Positions 1 to 12,759 are shown, counted from the first letter of the stretch. The stretch is 64,000 nucleotides of DNA from Rhodosorus marinus CCMP1338 (GCA_029953675.1 JAMWBK010000002.1:248001-312000), one strand, 5' to 3'. Notes: a model not told the origin generated them from the letters alone. Program-made: numbers and translations.

Positions 1-286
1 GCTTAGTCAAGAAAGCACCTTTCTGCCAACGGCGAACTCGCCATTGTAAAGAGCGGGACTTGTGCGATTGATAGATCAGACTTTACTTTTCTCAAGCATG
101 TGACAGCGTATGAAGGACATCATAAATAATTTAGTATAGTTACGGTGAGACCAAACAGATTCTTCAATAAGCCGATGCTGCTCCTTGTTGGAAGCGCAAA
201 ATCAACATGGGCATGGACCTGCCTGGGTTCGCCATTCTCGAGATTTCCAATATCTCGCCCAGGAGTTCGTAGCGTGAAGGCTACTA

Positions 287-1177
287 CTACTCATTCTTTT
301 CCCACCAGTCCAGAACAATCTTGGAAACTATGCCTGGAAACGACGTTTCGGGATAATGTGTCTCTATGCCGGCGATCACCTTCTCGTCCATCAACGGCAT
401 CGAATTTTTCAAGTACTTCCTGTATGAATTCGGAATCTCTGGATCGCGTTCGGCCCAGACAATGAGGCCGTTCGCCTTGCTGAAGTATTTTGTTAGGTTT
501 CTTCGCCATTTCATTAGTAGCGGTGTAGGTGAAAGAAAAATGTAGTTAAAATTCTGCTTGTTTAGGTGCTCAGGGTAGTTCCTTAGGAAAATCATCAGCG
601 CTTCTACACCCCATCCTCGGGCGACGAAAACGATCTTCGTGTCCTCGTTGTCAAGCAACTTCATATCATCCAGAAGGAACTGTATCGCATCGCCACTAAC
701 GCTTGCCGGAATACTCTGGAGAAGACGATTGTTTTCACTCTCCCCAAATCCTGGCGCGTCTACTAGGCAAAAATTACCAATCTTCGACAACATTCCCATA
801 TTCGGTGACCAGTGCCCGGCGTTTTGGGTTTCTTTGTCCGATCCATGCAGGGCAATGACCTGAGTCTTAGTCTTGTTGCTTTTGGACAGCATCACATGAA
901 GCTTGCCATACCCCCACTCCATAATCTTCGAGTCCAGCTTTCCCACGTACACCGGAACATCAAGATCCTCAACCACGACTTGTCGAGGTTTCAATACGCC
1001 GCTGAAGAAAAGACCGCCAAAACCCACAAGCACGACGATCAATAAACATACCAACCACCCCCTCTTGTTCCATCCCCTGGAACCAGCCACCGAGCTTCCA
1101 TGTCCATCGTCTACATTCGAATATTCCCCACGCAACATCTTTAAAGCCATAACTAAACCACTTGATTCTTCAAACAC
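287..1177 (-). CDS. Membrane-anchored alpha/beta-hydrolase-fold protein (ABHD14-like), nucleophile missing; paralog 1
   Basis: Single 296-aa ORF. N-terminal hydrophobic helix WLVCLLIVVLVGFGGLFF, HG oxyanion motif (ALHGSD), VDAPGFGES, elbow VARGWG, acid motif WAERDPEIP, His motif ETHYPE. Confidence 0.8.
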   Translation of the reverse strand: MFEESSGLVMALKMLRGEYSNVDDGHGSSVAGSRGWNKRGWLVCLLIVVLVGFGGLFFSGVLKPRQVVVEDLDVPVYVGKLDSKIMEWGYGKLHVMLSKSNKTKTQVIALHGSDKETQNAGHWSPNMGMLSKIGNFCLVDAPGFGESENNRLLQSIPASVSGDAIQFLLDDMKLLDNEDTKIVFVARGWGVEALMIFLRNYPEHLNKQNFNYIFLSPTPLLMKWRRNLTKYFSKANGLIVWAERDPEIPNSYRKYLKNSMPLMDEKVIAGIETHYPETSFPGIVSKIVLDWWEKNE

Positions 1178-2116
1178 ACCTCATCCTTCCCCCGAGACCG
1201 CCTCGAACTCTTCCAAAACTCCTCAATCCTGTCAAATCCAATCCACCGATCCTTCTAACCTCATCAACCTCTCAGATTCTCCCTTCGTCAAAATCTCATC
1301 AATCATAACAACCTCCCTCTCAAACCCATTTTCCCCCCGCGCCCAAAGAAAACCTCATACTATGCTAGTCTGATCCTCTCTAAACCTCTTAAATCCTCCC
1401 AGAATCCACAAAAATCTCCATGGTCAAAATTTCACCTCTTCTTCCTCCCAACCCTTCTCCCTCTCCTCCTTCCTTCCTCTCGCCCCCTCCGCCCCAAGTT
1501 CAAACCCTTCCCACGGACCACATAATATATGCAAACCAAACGCGCGTTCCACATCCAACGGATTTTCATTAACTTTCAAAAACTTTACTTGGCCAAAAGT
1601 AAGGGACTGACACGTGGCCGATGATACAAAATGGAACATCGGACGAGAAAGAGTAGGTTTCTGTTATTTTTATATATTTCGTGGATATGTGTCTCTTGTT
1701 AGTAATAAGTACTAAGATACTAAGCACGATTGTTTGTGTCTACCCGCGTGAGGTTTGGATAGAGCGGACAGTCACTGAGATGTGATCGTGGCTTCTTTGA
1801 GCCCCCAGGAATAGCACTAGTAGATTTTTTGCGCTTTCATATGCCTATGGTAAACCCCCTGGTGAGGGCTATTGGATGTACCCCGTCGCGACAGGGCGAC
1901 TCGCTGTTTGGAGGTTTAAAGGCTTCGTTCGCGTACTGTTCAATCTGTTCTTGGAGCTCGCGTTGCGTTTGCATATTCACGATCTCCCTGGCACAGTTGG
2001 GCAGCTCTGTGCGTGAAACTCTACATTAATGGAGGCTCTGCCTTCCTACGCTTTCTTAGGCCTGTTGCACGGAGCATGGATGGAATCCCACAAAATTTAT
2101 TCATTCAGCGGTCCTC

Positions 2117-2938
2117 TCAAGAGTCAATGGACAACCATTGCAGGACCTGACTATCGAATTCCAATGGTCGATCCGTCTCAGGCATATGCGACTTAAGATT
2201 GGACATGACGTGCAACGACGCGTTTGAAAAAATGCCCTTCAGTACTGAGCTGTAGCCGGACGGTACCACTGGGTCTTTTCCAGCCCAGATGAGTAGGGTT
2301 TTCAAAGATTTTGCTGCTTCAGGAATTTTATCTGTCTTCATGAATGGCGCGATCAGTATTGCTCCGACTGTCTTCTCACGCAATGACTCCTCACGACGCA
2401 AAACGTCCATTACCACTTTGCTGCCCCAGCCACGCGCACAGAAGAGCAATCTCTGGTGAGGGCTTTCGGACAGGATTTCTCTTATAAGCTTCCTTATTGC
2501 AAAGCTCGGGACTAGAGGCCCCACGCCACGGTTATTGGATGTGGTTTCACCAAAACCTGGGAGGTCAACCAGGTATACGGATCCTATTCTTGCAAAGGTG
2601 CCGATATTCGGATTCCAGTGCTTTGCATTTTGCGTTTTGACATCCGCACCGTGTATAACTATCACTGAAACGTTGCTTTCAATCTGCTGGACGGCGTTAA
2701 CATGAAGCATACCGTACTCCCACCGCAAGGTCAGAGACTCAATCGCCCCGGTAAACTCAGGTCCATCCGTCCTCCCCGCCTCCAGCTCATCGATACCTGC
2801 TCCAATAATTCCATAATAAAAACAATAAAAACACACAGCTCCAAGCACTGCCGCTGTAAAAACGGCTGGAGGTGTCAGCGTGCTCTTCGCGCTCGTCTTA
2901 GAAGGCATCATCCCATGCAGGACACTAGAAGAACACAC
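2117..2938 (-). CDS. Membrane-anchored alpha/beta-hydrolase-fold protein (ABHD14-like), nucleophile missing; paralog 2
   Basis: 273-aa ORF, colinear with paralog 1: TM helix, VIHGAD, VDLPGFGET, CARGWG, WAGKDPVVP, KSHMPE. Confidence 0.8.
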   Translation of the reverse strand: MCSSSVLHGMMPSKTSAKSTLTPPAVFTAAVLGAVCFYCFYYGIIGAGIDELEAGRTDGPEFTGAIESLTLRWEYGMLHVNAVQQIESNVSVIVIHGADVKTQNAKHWNPNIGTFARIGSVYLVDLPGFGETTSNNRGVGPLVPSFAIRKLIREILSESPHQRLLFCARGWGSKVVMDVLRREESLREKTVGAILIAPFMKTDKIPEAAKSLKTLLIWAGKDPVVPSGYSSVLKGIFSNASLHVMSNLKSHMPETDRPLEFDSQVLQWLSIDS

Positions 2939-4116
2939 AGTTCAGCCTCAGAAAAACAACCGACTTCCTCAATCAACAGGATAGTTCTTCCGAAGACTCT
3001 TGGTAGTCCTATTTCAAACCCTGGAACTTCATCCTACTCATCTGCTTTAATGCTCAAAAGTAACTCCTGCAGCTGCGAAGCACAGCCCCATCAATCATTC
3101 CCGATCTTCAATTCCAACTGCTGACACAACCGAATCGATATTTGTGAATGTGAATTAAGAACACAGCACTCATATTCACAATTCACATTCATCAACAATA
3201 AATTCTACTGAATAAAAGAATACGTGGATTCTAGTTATGAATGTGATTCCTAATTATTCACATTTATGATAACATCGATCGCATGGAAAATATTGAATTT
3301 ACTTAATATCTCCCTTCTTATTTTTTGGTGAATGAGAATCGGTGCATACCTTTTGCGGAATACTCGTTGGTTGTGCGGTTCGGTAGACTTCTCTGAGCGA
3401 GGAAGCCGTTAATCTGTGAACTTTAGACAGTAGCTTGAGATCTTACCAAGCTATCGTTCCCAATAAATCTGAGCGCGACTCATTGTCTTGGAAATTCCGA
3501 TGGGGACCGTTTGTAGCGACTGTTCGGAAGGTAGTTGATCTAGTTCCGACGACTTTTGCTTCAGGTCCCGAGAATTTCCAAACGGACTAACGGAAGCCGA
3601 AATGCTTGGCAGATGAAATCGGTCGACGGTGCTTTTCGTCAACCGTCCAATTGAGCTGTCCAGTCTCATTCCCAGTCTCACTCTCAAAATCATACTTGCT
3701 TACCATGGTTTATCTTTTTAAGGTTTTCCCGAGGCTCGTGTCTCGGCCTGTTAGATTCTCTTGTATGGTTCGCCCAGATTCTCTCTCCATCCTTTACTGG
3801 ACTACGTTCTTGAAAGTTGGAATGATCAGCAGCTCCCTTGCCATGCAGACGCGCCAACACGGCCTATGGACCGATCAGAGCTGTTGATGGACCACTTCTG
3901 GTTCACAATCAAACCAAAGCGGGGCAAGCACTTCCCAAGTTGCGCATCTTGGCAAGACCGCTCACCCCAGTATGTGTGTTGCACAACACGTCCGGAGGAC
4001 TCAGAGCACCGCAAAACAAGCCCCCGTATCCTTCAAGCTGCTGGTTTGCTTCCTACAGTTCGCTACGGCGCTGATTTGCCAAGATGTCGAATACTGTTGA
4101 CGCCCGAGATGGCCAT

Positions 4117-7100
4117 CTAGTCGCTCATGAGCATGTCCACAGTTTCTTCACGCAACAGGATAGGGCATTTTGAGCTTTTGAATCCCGATCTGATGCTGTC
4201 GCTGGATCCCTGAACGGTATTGACATAGAGGGAAAGCAAAAGTCGTAAGTCCCGTGGACTTACGCTGGATCCGTTTAGTCATGCAGCTTCTTCAAGAACA
4301 GAACCCACCAGTCCACAAGTAACCACAGCTATTCCGTTCTCCGGTTCCAGGAGGCGTTCCAAGTGAGCGCGTTCGACTCGTTTCAAGTCCTCTATAGTCA
4401 CATCGTGTAGTAGTTTCTCGCGGCGAGCGAACTCCTCCTTTTTCCAGTAGATACGATTAGGCGAGTAAGCTTCTTCCAATGATCAAAATTATATGTGTTC
4501 TGCATCCTTACGTTCCCGGCAATAACACCCCGAGCTGCTCCCGCAAAAGCCAGGTCGCTGGCCATGGACGGGGTCATTCGATCTCCATGCATCTGATACA
4601 AAACGGCAGCTTTTGCTGCGTCCATTTCGAGCGAGGACGTCTCGGCCATGTCGTTCTCCAAGCTCTTCGTAAGTAGGGTCACGAAAACGTCCCATGCTTC
4701 GTTCGGAGAGGAGCTCTCAGATATGCTCACCACAAGTTGCTCATGTATGGGACTCAACCACAAGGAAGCTCCGTATGCGAGTCCTTCTCCCCTAATCCCG
4801 TTGTAAAGAGGACCTTCTGTTCTGCTCCACATTTCACACAAGACCTATTGCCAGAGCGAAACATGCTGCAGGGCTTAGCTCGGACGCATCGTAAAGTTTG
4901 CGCTTGAGAGGAACGCTGAGAGATGTCCCAATTGATAGCGAACCTCCAGAGCATAATAATCAGGATGGTCATGGTGCACCGGGCAGTCTACTTGAAGTCG
5001 GAAGTATCCGGACTGTACTCCAGCAATGGGAACAATGACATTGGTATCCACTTTGGACGCCGTCTTTACCTCCTGGTATTTTTTGGGACGCTGATGTCGA
5101 TAGTGAGTTGTATTCTCGGTGTCCGGGACCCGTCCAGCTGCTTCGCTCCATAGGCTCCTTGTCATTTCGATGATTGGCTTCGGCTCCCGACTTCCCACGT
5201 GGATGAAGGGAGTTGACGCCTTGAAAAGCTCTGTCCTAAGCTGCTCTAGCTTTTCGATAACGTCAGTTGGTTTCATCCTTTGTAATCGCTGCAGCACCTC
5301 ATGTTGTTGAATAACTGTTAGCATGGCCGCGTTCGAATCACTAGAACCAATAGCACGCTCATGGAGAAGGCGCTGTACGAGGGAAGTGTCGCATAGGGTT
5401 TCAGGTTAACGAAAGACGTGGCCTGTGCTGTTCCGAAGGAACAGCTACTCCGCAATGACAGCATGCCACTCACCGAAAATGCTCGACAGACGACTTCCCC
5501 TTCGCGTATGGACTCGGTAGCGTCCGAGTTCAGATTAGAGAGCATCGCGGAAACTCTCTCGCAAGACAAGGAACTCCTAAACACGCTCTGGAGAACCATC
5601 TCCATCGCCTGGGCTTCCCGTCCGCTCTCCGTGCTCACGTCAACCACGACGCAGGACGGAATTGCTCCCGCGCGAAACGTCCCCGCGTTCCTACCAACGC
5701 CAGCATAGCAATGAATGGTGGCCTCATTTAATCTCCTCACGAAGCTCTCATATCCTTCAACGGACCCATCCCCCTTTCAGAATTCGGCAATTGAAGAGAG
5801 GGCCATGAACACGATTCAAAGGGCAGGGAAGGACGAAAGTGGAATAAGTTGAGAAACGCTGATAAGATCGACCATGTACGAGTCTTGTTCATCGGACAGG
5901 GCAGTGTTAGATCGCAACTGTGCTTGAGCGAGGGTGAACAACTCACCCGGAGGACGTCCACAGAGAAAAGAAGTGAGCAGAAGAGCGGAAGGTGCTCTCG
6001 AAGCTCTTTGCTGATGTGCTTCGTGTCCACGACGATGGAGATACCCGAAAATGCAGAATCCACTTGTATCGTCTGTGAGTGATAGTCAATCCGGTTCACT
6101 GTGCACGGCAGTTTCGCGATTCGAGCGGCGTCTGGTAAACTCGGAAAAGTGACCGAGGTGAGGTCAATCGAACTTGGCTTTGGGTCCTCCGCCTTAGCTC
6201 CATTCATCGAGCTATGCCTCGCAGCGGCGGACTCTTCCCTTTGCCGCTGGAGCTGTGTGGAGAGATCTCTACTGGGTTTGCCCACGAAACTAGCTCGTGA
6301 TCGATTCTTGACAAGCCACTGCGAGACCACGCCCTTCCAGAACTCTTCGCCCTCGGCGAGCAGGGTGTCAAGAGCCTTAAATTCTTGCTGCAACCTCGTA
6401 CCGATCTCCAGTCCGTCTTCGTGAATCGCGTCCGGTATAAGCGCGTCGACAACATGGCTGTGGACGTTATTTTCGAGCTCCAGTAGAAGGCTGAACAGGG
6501 CAAAAAGCAACAGACAGTCGATCAGGTCAAACATCTCACAAGCACGAAGGCCCGGAGAGCGCCAGCCCGTCATGACTCCGCAAAAACTCTGCGAACAACG
6601 ATCTTACTTGCGCCGATATCGGAGTATTGTCTCCTTGATCGCCTCGACACCACCTGGGAAGCCGTTATTAACAACACTAGACAACTCCTGCATCACCAAC
6701 TCACTCATAATACCCGGTTCCAACAGGCCTCTGTCTTGAACAAACTCTTCGTGCTCTTCTTCCTCTTCCTCCAAGTCCATCTGGTCGGATCCATCTTCCT
6801 CGTGCTCTTCATCTCCCTCCTCCGCGAGACTCTCGCCGCCTTCGTCCTGCCGATGTCAAAAAAAGCAGTCGATCAATGGATCAGCATCGGGGGTGCAGAA
6901 CGGCTCACAGAGTGAAGACACCGAGCTGGCGCGTAGCCTAAAACCAAACTCACATTTGGAATGCCACCGAAACCGAGAATGAAGACGGTCGTGGGGAACA
7001 ACTCGATGCTGTAGTCGATACTGCTGCAGAACGGATTAACAACCTCAGTAAATCTTCGATTCAGAAGCGAGGCTTCGTTCTCTGTTAGAAACCGTAGGAT

Positions 7101-8443
7101 CATCTGTACAGGACGATAAATGAAGTTAAGGTCTCACTGCTCCGGTGTTCCCAAGGATGGAATAGATCGAATCCAATCCATTCCATACCTCCTCTTTTGA
7201 AGGTACTAACCTCGACCGCGAGTGTGTTGCGAACATCTGCGAGTTTGGGACCATGCCATGCGATAGTGAGGGAGCCGACCTGCTTGAACAGGAGAATTCC
7301 CGTCCAAATGAGAACTAGCAGGAATTGTTTTCCCTGATGGATTACACGAAAGACCTACGTCTTCATCCGCTGCCGGAAACAGTTTCCGTTGCTCTAGTGT
7401 CTCAGACAGTAGAATCTTTTCCACAGGGAGGCATCTTTGATCCAGTGAGATCTCCGGATGTGAACCTGTCATCTCTTCCTCCAGCGCCGGTTTCATTGCG
7501 CTAATGAAAGCTTGGAGGTCGAGGTCATCTCCTCCAACGAGGATCACGGTCATGTTCGATCTTCGGTAGTTGGCGGTGTGGAAGCGCTCCACTTCGTCCT
7601 TGGTGAGCTGGGCGATGCTTTCAGTCCTCCCTCCGCAATCGTAGGACAGAAACGATCCCCTGAATAGTGCTCGATGCCATGCTGAGGAGAGAATGTCACC
7701 CTCCGTATTTTCACGCCCTCGCATCTCCTGGAAGACAACTCCAGCCTCTTCTCCATCCCGACGGACGTGGTAAACCTCCTGTTGGAATTGTTCTTCGTCA
7801 AATTTCGGATTCAGAATATGGTCGAGATAAACAGGCAGTACTCGAAGGAGGCCTTCAGCTCCGGCAGTAGATATCGTATATGCAGTATGGTCCTAGAGAC
7901 ATTGGAACCGTTTGTAAGGCTCGCAGTTGACGTTTTATTTGTGGATAATGTGATAGAGCCTTTACCTCGCACGTCCAAGCGTTGGTGCCGTCGGAGTAGC
8001 TTCTCGTGGCCAGCATGTCCAAAAAACCCCTTCTCGGGTACTTTTGTGAACCCATGAAGATCAGATGTTCCAAACAGTGTGGATGCCCTCCATCTGAGAC
8101 CTACACTCCAAGTTGGATTCCTTAACCATCAGGGACTCTCTGCTGGGGTTTCACCTTTGTTGCTTGCGCTTTGGTCTCTTACCGGTGTCGTGGCAACGGC
8201 GACTGTAGCAGAGCATATCGGCCCCGGAGCTCTGAATAACACGACTTTTGCTCCAGACTCAAAATAGGAGACAGTAGACGATGGCACAGAACTCAAAGGC
8301 GCACGTCGAGCAGATTCTGCCCCAGGCCCCACCCCTCGCGCATCCGCAAGCGGCATCGAATCGACAATAGTGGCACTCCTCCTGCTCGATCTTCTGACGA
8401 ACCGTCTAATGCATCCTGCACTCACAACAAATCCAGTCAACAT
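4117..8443 (-). CDS. Multi-exon M16C (insulinase/presequence-protease-like) zinc metallopeptidase
   Basis: Spliced frame gives DEGHPHCLEHLIFMGSQKYP (inverted HxxEH zinc motif), GTNAWT, FHTANYRRSNM and C-half segments YNGIRGEGLAYGA and AYSPNRIYW. N-terminus MLTGFVVS is organelle-presequence-like. The 3' end is 4279 if unspliced or 4117 using GT(GGGT)..TTCAG. Confidence 0.85.
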
Positions 8444-8696
8444 CTCACCCTAGTCATGGTCAAGGGCTTTTAATCGATATCAAACGAAATGCCCTCCAGT
8501 CTTTGAACCTTCTCCAAATCTCATCCCCTTGCTCTTGATTGCCCAACTCAAACCCTGAAGCTCTGGCTCCAGTGTTTCAGGAATAATCTGTGGACCGACG
8601 GCGAACTGTCCCAAAAAGTCCCAAAAAGTCCCACAGAAAGGTGGGACAATATAGTTGTTATGAAGAGTATGCAGGTGGCTTTTTACCCGAAGTTGT

Positions 8697-9585
8697 CCAG
8701 CGAGCAAGAGGAAACTAAGCGGCTGTTAGTTGTGTGAAGGGATCAATGGAGCGTCTAGTTGGTATGAAAATTTTACAACAACTAGCTCTTCATTCTGTAG
8801 GTACCGGACAAAGCCACCCCTTCTCAATACCCAAAGAGGTCCAACAAGCCAGTCCCAAATCAAGCAACTAGCAGGCCGAGCAAAAGAGGGGCCTAGGCGG
8901 CGGTCAGTTGGGTGAAGCGGGCAATGGAGCGTCTAGATGTTATGGAAAGTTTACAACAACTGGCTTTTCATTCTGCATCGGACAAAGCCACCCCTTCTCA
9001 ATATACGAAGGGGTCCAACAGGCTAGCCCAAAATCAAGGAGGTAGTTTGCCGAGCAAGAGGAGACTGAGAGCAATGAAGCGTCTAGTTGTTATGGAAAGT
9101 TTACAACAACTGGCTTTTCATTCTGTAGGTACCGGACAAAGTCACCCTTCTCAATACCCAAAGAGGTCTAACAAGCTAGCCCTAAATCAGGGAGTGGTTT
9201 GCTGAGCAAGAGGAGACTAAGCGGCTGTCAGTTGGTGAAGCGAGCAATTGAGCGTCTAGTTGCTATGGAAATTTAACAACAACTGGCTTTTCGTTCTGTA
9301 GGTACCGGACTAAGCCACCCGTCTCAATACCCAAAGAGGTCCAACAAACTAGCTCCGAATCAAGCGGCAAGTTTGCCGAGCAAGAGGACTCTGAGCGGTT
9401 GTCAGTTCTGTGAAGCGAGCAATGGAGCGTCTAGTTGTTATGGAAAGTTTACAACGACTGGCTTTTCATTCTGTAGGTACCGGCAAAGCCCCCCACCCCA
9501 AGGAGGTCCAACAAGCTAGCTAATTTTACTGAGCATGAGCAGACTAAGCGGCTGTCAGTTGGTGAAGCGGTCGATTGCCAATGGG
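8697..9585. repeat. Degenerate tandem repeat, ~5.3 units of 152-176 bp
   Basis: Unit anchor (C/T)GAGCAAGAG-like at 8701, 8877, 9051, 9203, 9377, 9530. Shared cores GCGTCTAGTTGTTATGGAAAGTTTACAACAACTGGCTTTTCATTCTGTAGGTACCGG and TCTCAATACCCAAAGAGGTCCAACAAG. Confidence 0.95.
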
Positions 9586-9760
9586 GAGCGCCTCGGTCGA
9601 TAGGGCGTGGTGTGCAATGATTGCCGATGTAGGATGGTGAGAATTTACTTAAGAGCTTGGACAAGGAAGTTGAAGGAGGAGGTTGGGTTCTTTGGAAGAG
9701 GCTCACAAATTTTGTTTCTGTGTGGAAGTTGTGGGGTTACCTTTGAATGCCTTGATGAGG

Positions 9761-10726
9761 ATGGGATTTGTAGGTTGTATTGATGTTGTTCGGTTTGGGA
9801 GGGGTAGGGGATCGATTTGTCGATTGGAGAAAGGTGATGGGGAGCTGAATTTGGGGGACGACGAGCTCCGAGAGGAACGTGAGAGGCAGGCGAATGCTGA
9901 TTATCGACGGAAGCTTGAAGAGCGTCTGAGAGGGACGAGTTCGATAGGGGCAAGAGATTTGGAGGCGAGCGGGCAGGTGGATGCGCTCTCGGGGATTCCT
10001 GATGATCTGGATGAGCTGGATGATATTGCAATGAATCGCGGGCCCAATGATCAGGGAAAGGTGGCCATGTGGGGAGCGTGGTTGGATGAGAGTGTCGCTG
10101 GCAGAAAAGTTGGAAAGGCAACCCAGCAGGCAGAGGCTGAGGAGATTTTCAGAGTTGGGTTAGAGCTGTTTGAAAGGGGGCGCTACAAGGAAGCTACAAA
10201 GGAGCTGACGGCCGCCTGTTTGCTAGCTGGTGTGAACAGTCGAGAGGGTGGACAATACCAACTTTGGCTAGGCCAGGCATTGGATGCCGCCGGGGAGAAG
10301 AAGAAGGCCATAGCATGTCTTGAGGTAAGCGAACTTAGGAGAACCCCTTTTACGAGCTCAGGAAGCGATCCGTGCTCGCTCAAAGAGATGACGCGTTTCC
10401 GTTAGGCACTCAAATCCCACAGGGATTCGGACGTTCGAAAAGTAGCAGACGAGGTTTTGTTCATTATTACGGCACCACCGCTGAACCTCGGGAAGGAGCA
10501 CTTTGTGTCAATCGAGACAGGGAAGAACTATGAAGTCCTGCACAAAAACGGACGCAGAAGGTCAAGCATTCCGACGGCAGCGATACCCAAAGGTCCCGAG
10601 AAGTATTCTTTGGAATGGTTTCTTGAGAAGAAACCTGAAGCTGCTCCAGACGACAACTTGGACAAAGCAGCAGTAGCCGCAGTGGTCCTAGTCTCAGTCG
10701 GCCTCGTCATCGCCTCCAGACTATGA
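9761..10726 (+). CDS. TPR-containing, probably plastid-targeted, C-terminally anchored protein (2 exons; intron 10325-10405)
   Basis: MGFVG start resembles a red-algal transit peptide. TPR-like FRVGLELFERGRYKEA...QLWLGQALDAAGEKKKAIACLE. In-frame splice GTAAGC..TTAG. C-terminal TM AAVAAVVLVSVGLVIA. Confidence 0.75.
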
Positions 10727-11078
10727 TGCCACAGCAAAGGAACAACCAGAGTAGACAAAGTCCGCCAATGAACGTCCTCAGGGTCGTTCCTCTAGGAAGT
10801 AAGCGACTAGTATTTGTAACAGTATAAAAACGTGTAGCATTATATCATCAAATCTTTCATCCTACCTGGAGGAAAGCGACAGCTTCCGTCCGAGTACCTG
10901 CCGATCCATGATCAGGAACCAGTCTCTGTACCACCCCCAAACCTGAACACTCGGGATGGACGGGAACAATCTATGCTTTAGTGGGGTTATGCTAGTCTGA
11001 ATCCAAAATTTTATCAAGACTTTAGTTCGTCTGCTAGAGTTCGATATGAACTGTTCAAAGTCTCCAACCTCAAACGTA

Positions 11079-11163
11079 GGTGACCCGTTGAGAATCTTCT
11101 CTGGGACAATGTCTCATAGAGGGTGACCGCCTGAGAGTATTCTCTGGGACAATGTCTCATAGA
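11079..11163. repeat. Two-copy ~43-bp tandem duplication
   Basis: 24 identical nt TTCTCTGGGACAATGTCTCATAGA in both copies, with diverged 5' parts (GGTGACC...TGAGA). Confidence 0.85.
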
Positions 11164-11855
11164 CACCAGTTGGACACGAAAGAACGTTTTTTCTATATAA
11201 ATGAATTGGTCTGCGAGCGGGGGATGAATTTTACGCTACGCCCTCATATTTACGTCAAACTGTGAGCCGTGAGTCTATAAAATGTACGTTAAAAAGATTT
11301 TCACACGACAAACGGCTAAATATAACCGTGCTATAACAACTAAATAGAAAAGCATATATCGAAAAACTTCTATCGCAATCTTTTATTAAAAATACATTAA
11401 CAGTTATTCAATTATATAAAATAATTCATGTCTGAATCTTACCACTGATATTGTTGGCATGGTACAACAAAAGAATTGAATAGAAAAATAAATTATTCTT
11501 GAAATAACTGGCAGCGTTTTTATACCCACCCTATAGTATATCACAACAAAAAGAAAAGCTTCGGAAACAAATAAAATATGGTTGTTTATATTTAATATTA
11601 GTATTTTTATCGTTATATTTTGACATGCAGATATTATTTGTATTTATCCGGTCTAAATATTGACTACCTATAGTCTTTTTCTGAGACGTTTTTCTTAACT
11701 TGTCGGGATGGGTTTTGTGGCGAAGCCCCGGGGGGTGGGAAGCAGGTTCGGGGTCAGGTTTAGGGTGGATGCCCGTATCATCAGTCTGTCGCAGTTTTGA
11801 CTAGTTGATAAGAAAATATTTTAATAGTGAGGAACAAAGGACATTGGTAATAAGG

Positions 11856-12759
11856 ATGGACGGAAGTCGCCTTCTTGATAACGAGATCAGGAGGTTATTT
11901 CGAGTGAGGAAGACGCTGCATGAGATGCTTGTTGACCGCGGGTACATCGTTGTGTCCGACGTGAGTTGGTCAAAGACAACTCTTGTCGTTATTTTGTGGC
12001 TTTCGTGCCCATGCTGAACGGCTGTGTGAGTTTTTCGTATGCGCTCAGGATCTGAGAATGACCCTTGAGGAGTTCTCGCAAAGGTTTCATGATGCCGGAT
12101 TTGCTCGAGAGTCCCTGACGTTATTGAAACAGAAACGGGACGATCCAGCAGATCAAATCTACGTTTTCTTCAGCCAAGGGACAGAGGGACCTAAAGTTAG
12201 CGTCAAGTCGCTCAAGGAGTAAGCACATGTTGTTCCGGAATGCCCTCTCTAAGTGGGTATAAACCACCCCCCAACCTCCCACCAAGTTTTCGGATACTGA
12301 TAAGATCGTCCAACACGCTCCTCTTGTTTTTCTTAAGTACTATTGCGAGAATGGAAAGGGATGGCGTCCATCGAGCGATCATGATTATGAGCGAGGGGCT
12401 TACACCCTCGGCTGCGGACGCAATATCAAAGCTCGATCGATACCGAATCGAGCCTTTCCTCGAAAATGAACTCCTTGTAAATATTACCCGCCACGTTCTC
12501 GTTCCGAAGCATGAGATTCTTAGCAAGGCCGAGAAGAAAGCGTTGCTGAAACGATACAAGCTCAAAGAGTCACAGCTCCCCAGAGTGCAACAACGAGATC
12601 CCGTCTCACGATACTACGGTATGCGTAAACAGAATCTTTTACCTGGTGTTTGGAAACTTACTTTTGCTTCTTGCAGGACTCTCGCCTGGAGATGTTGTTC
12701 GAATCACTCGGCCTAGTGAAACGGCTGGTCGATATGTTACCTATAGACTCGTTGTGTAG
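11856..12759 (+). CDS. RPB5: RNA polymerase I/II/III common subunit RPB5 (4 exons)
   Basis: [72 protein letters not shown]. Introns 11961-12048, 12219-12337 and 12619-12676 are frame-consistent. Confidence 0.97.

Noticed and set aside
3330-4110. Several overlapping 60-120-aa ORFs
   Set aside because: No recognisable motif or consistent splice model on either strand.
8912-9205. 97-aa ORF with an internal repeat (MESLQQLAFHS twice)
   Set aside because: It only reflects the DNA tandem repeat; the other units break frame.
8697-11163. CRISPR-like interpretation of the 175-bp array or the 43-bp duplication
   Set aside because: No constant repeat with unique spacers, no cas genes, eukaryotic context.
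11180-11700. AT-rich island as a possible organellar insertion
   Set aside because: No organellar gene or tRNA recognisable; similar AT-rich patches precede other genes here.
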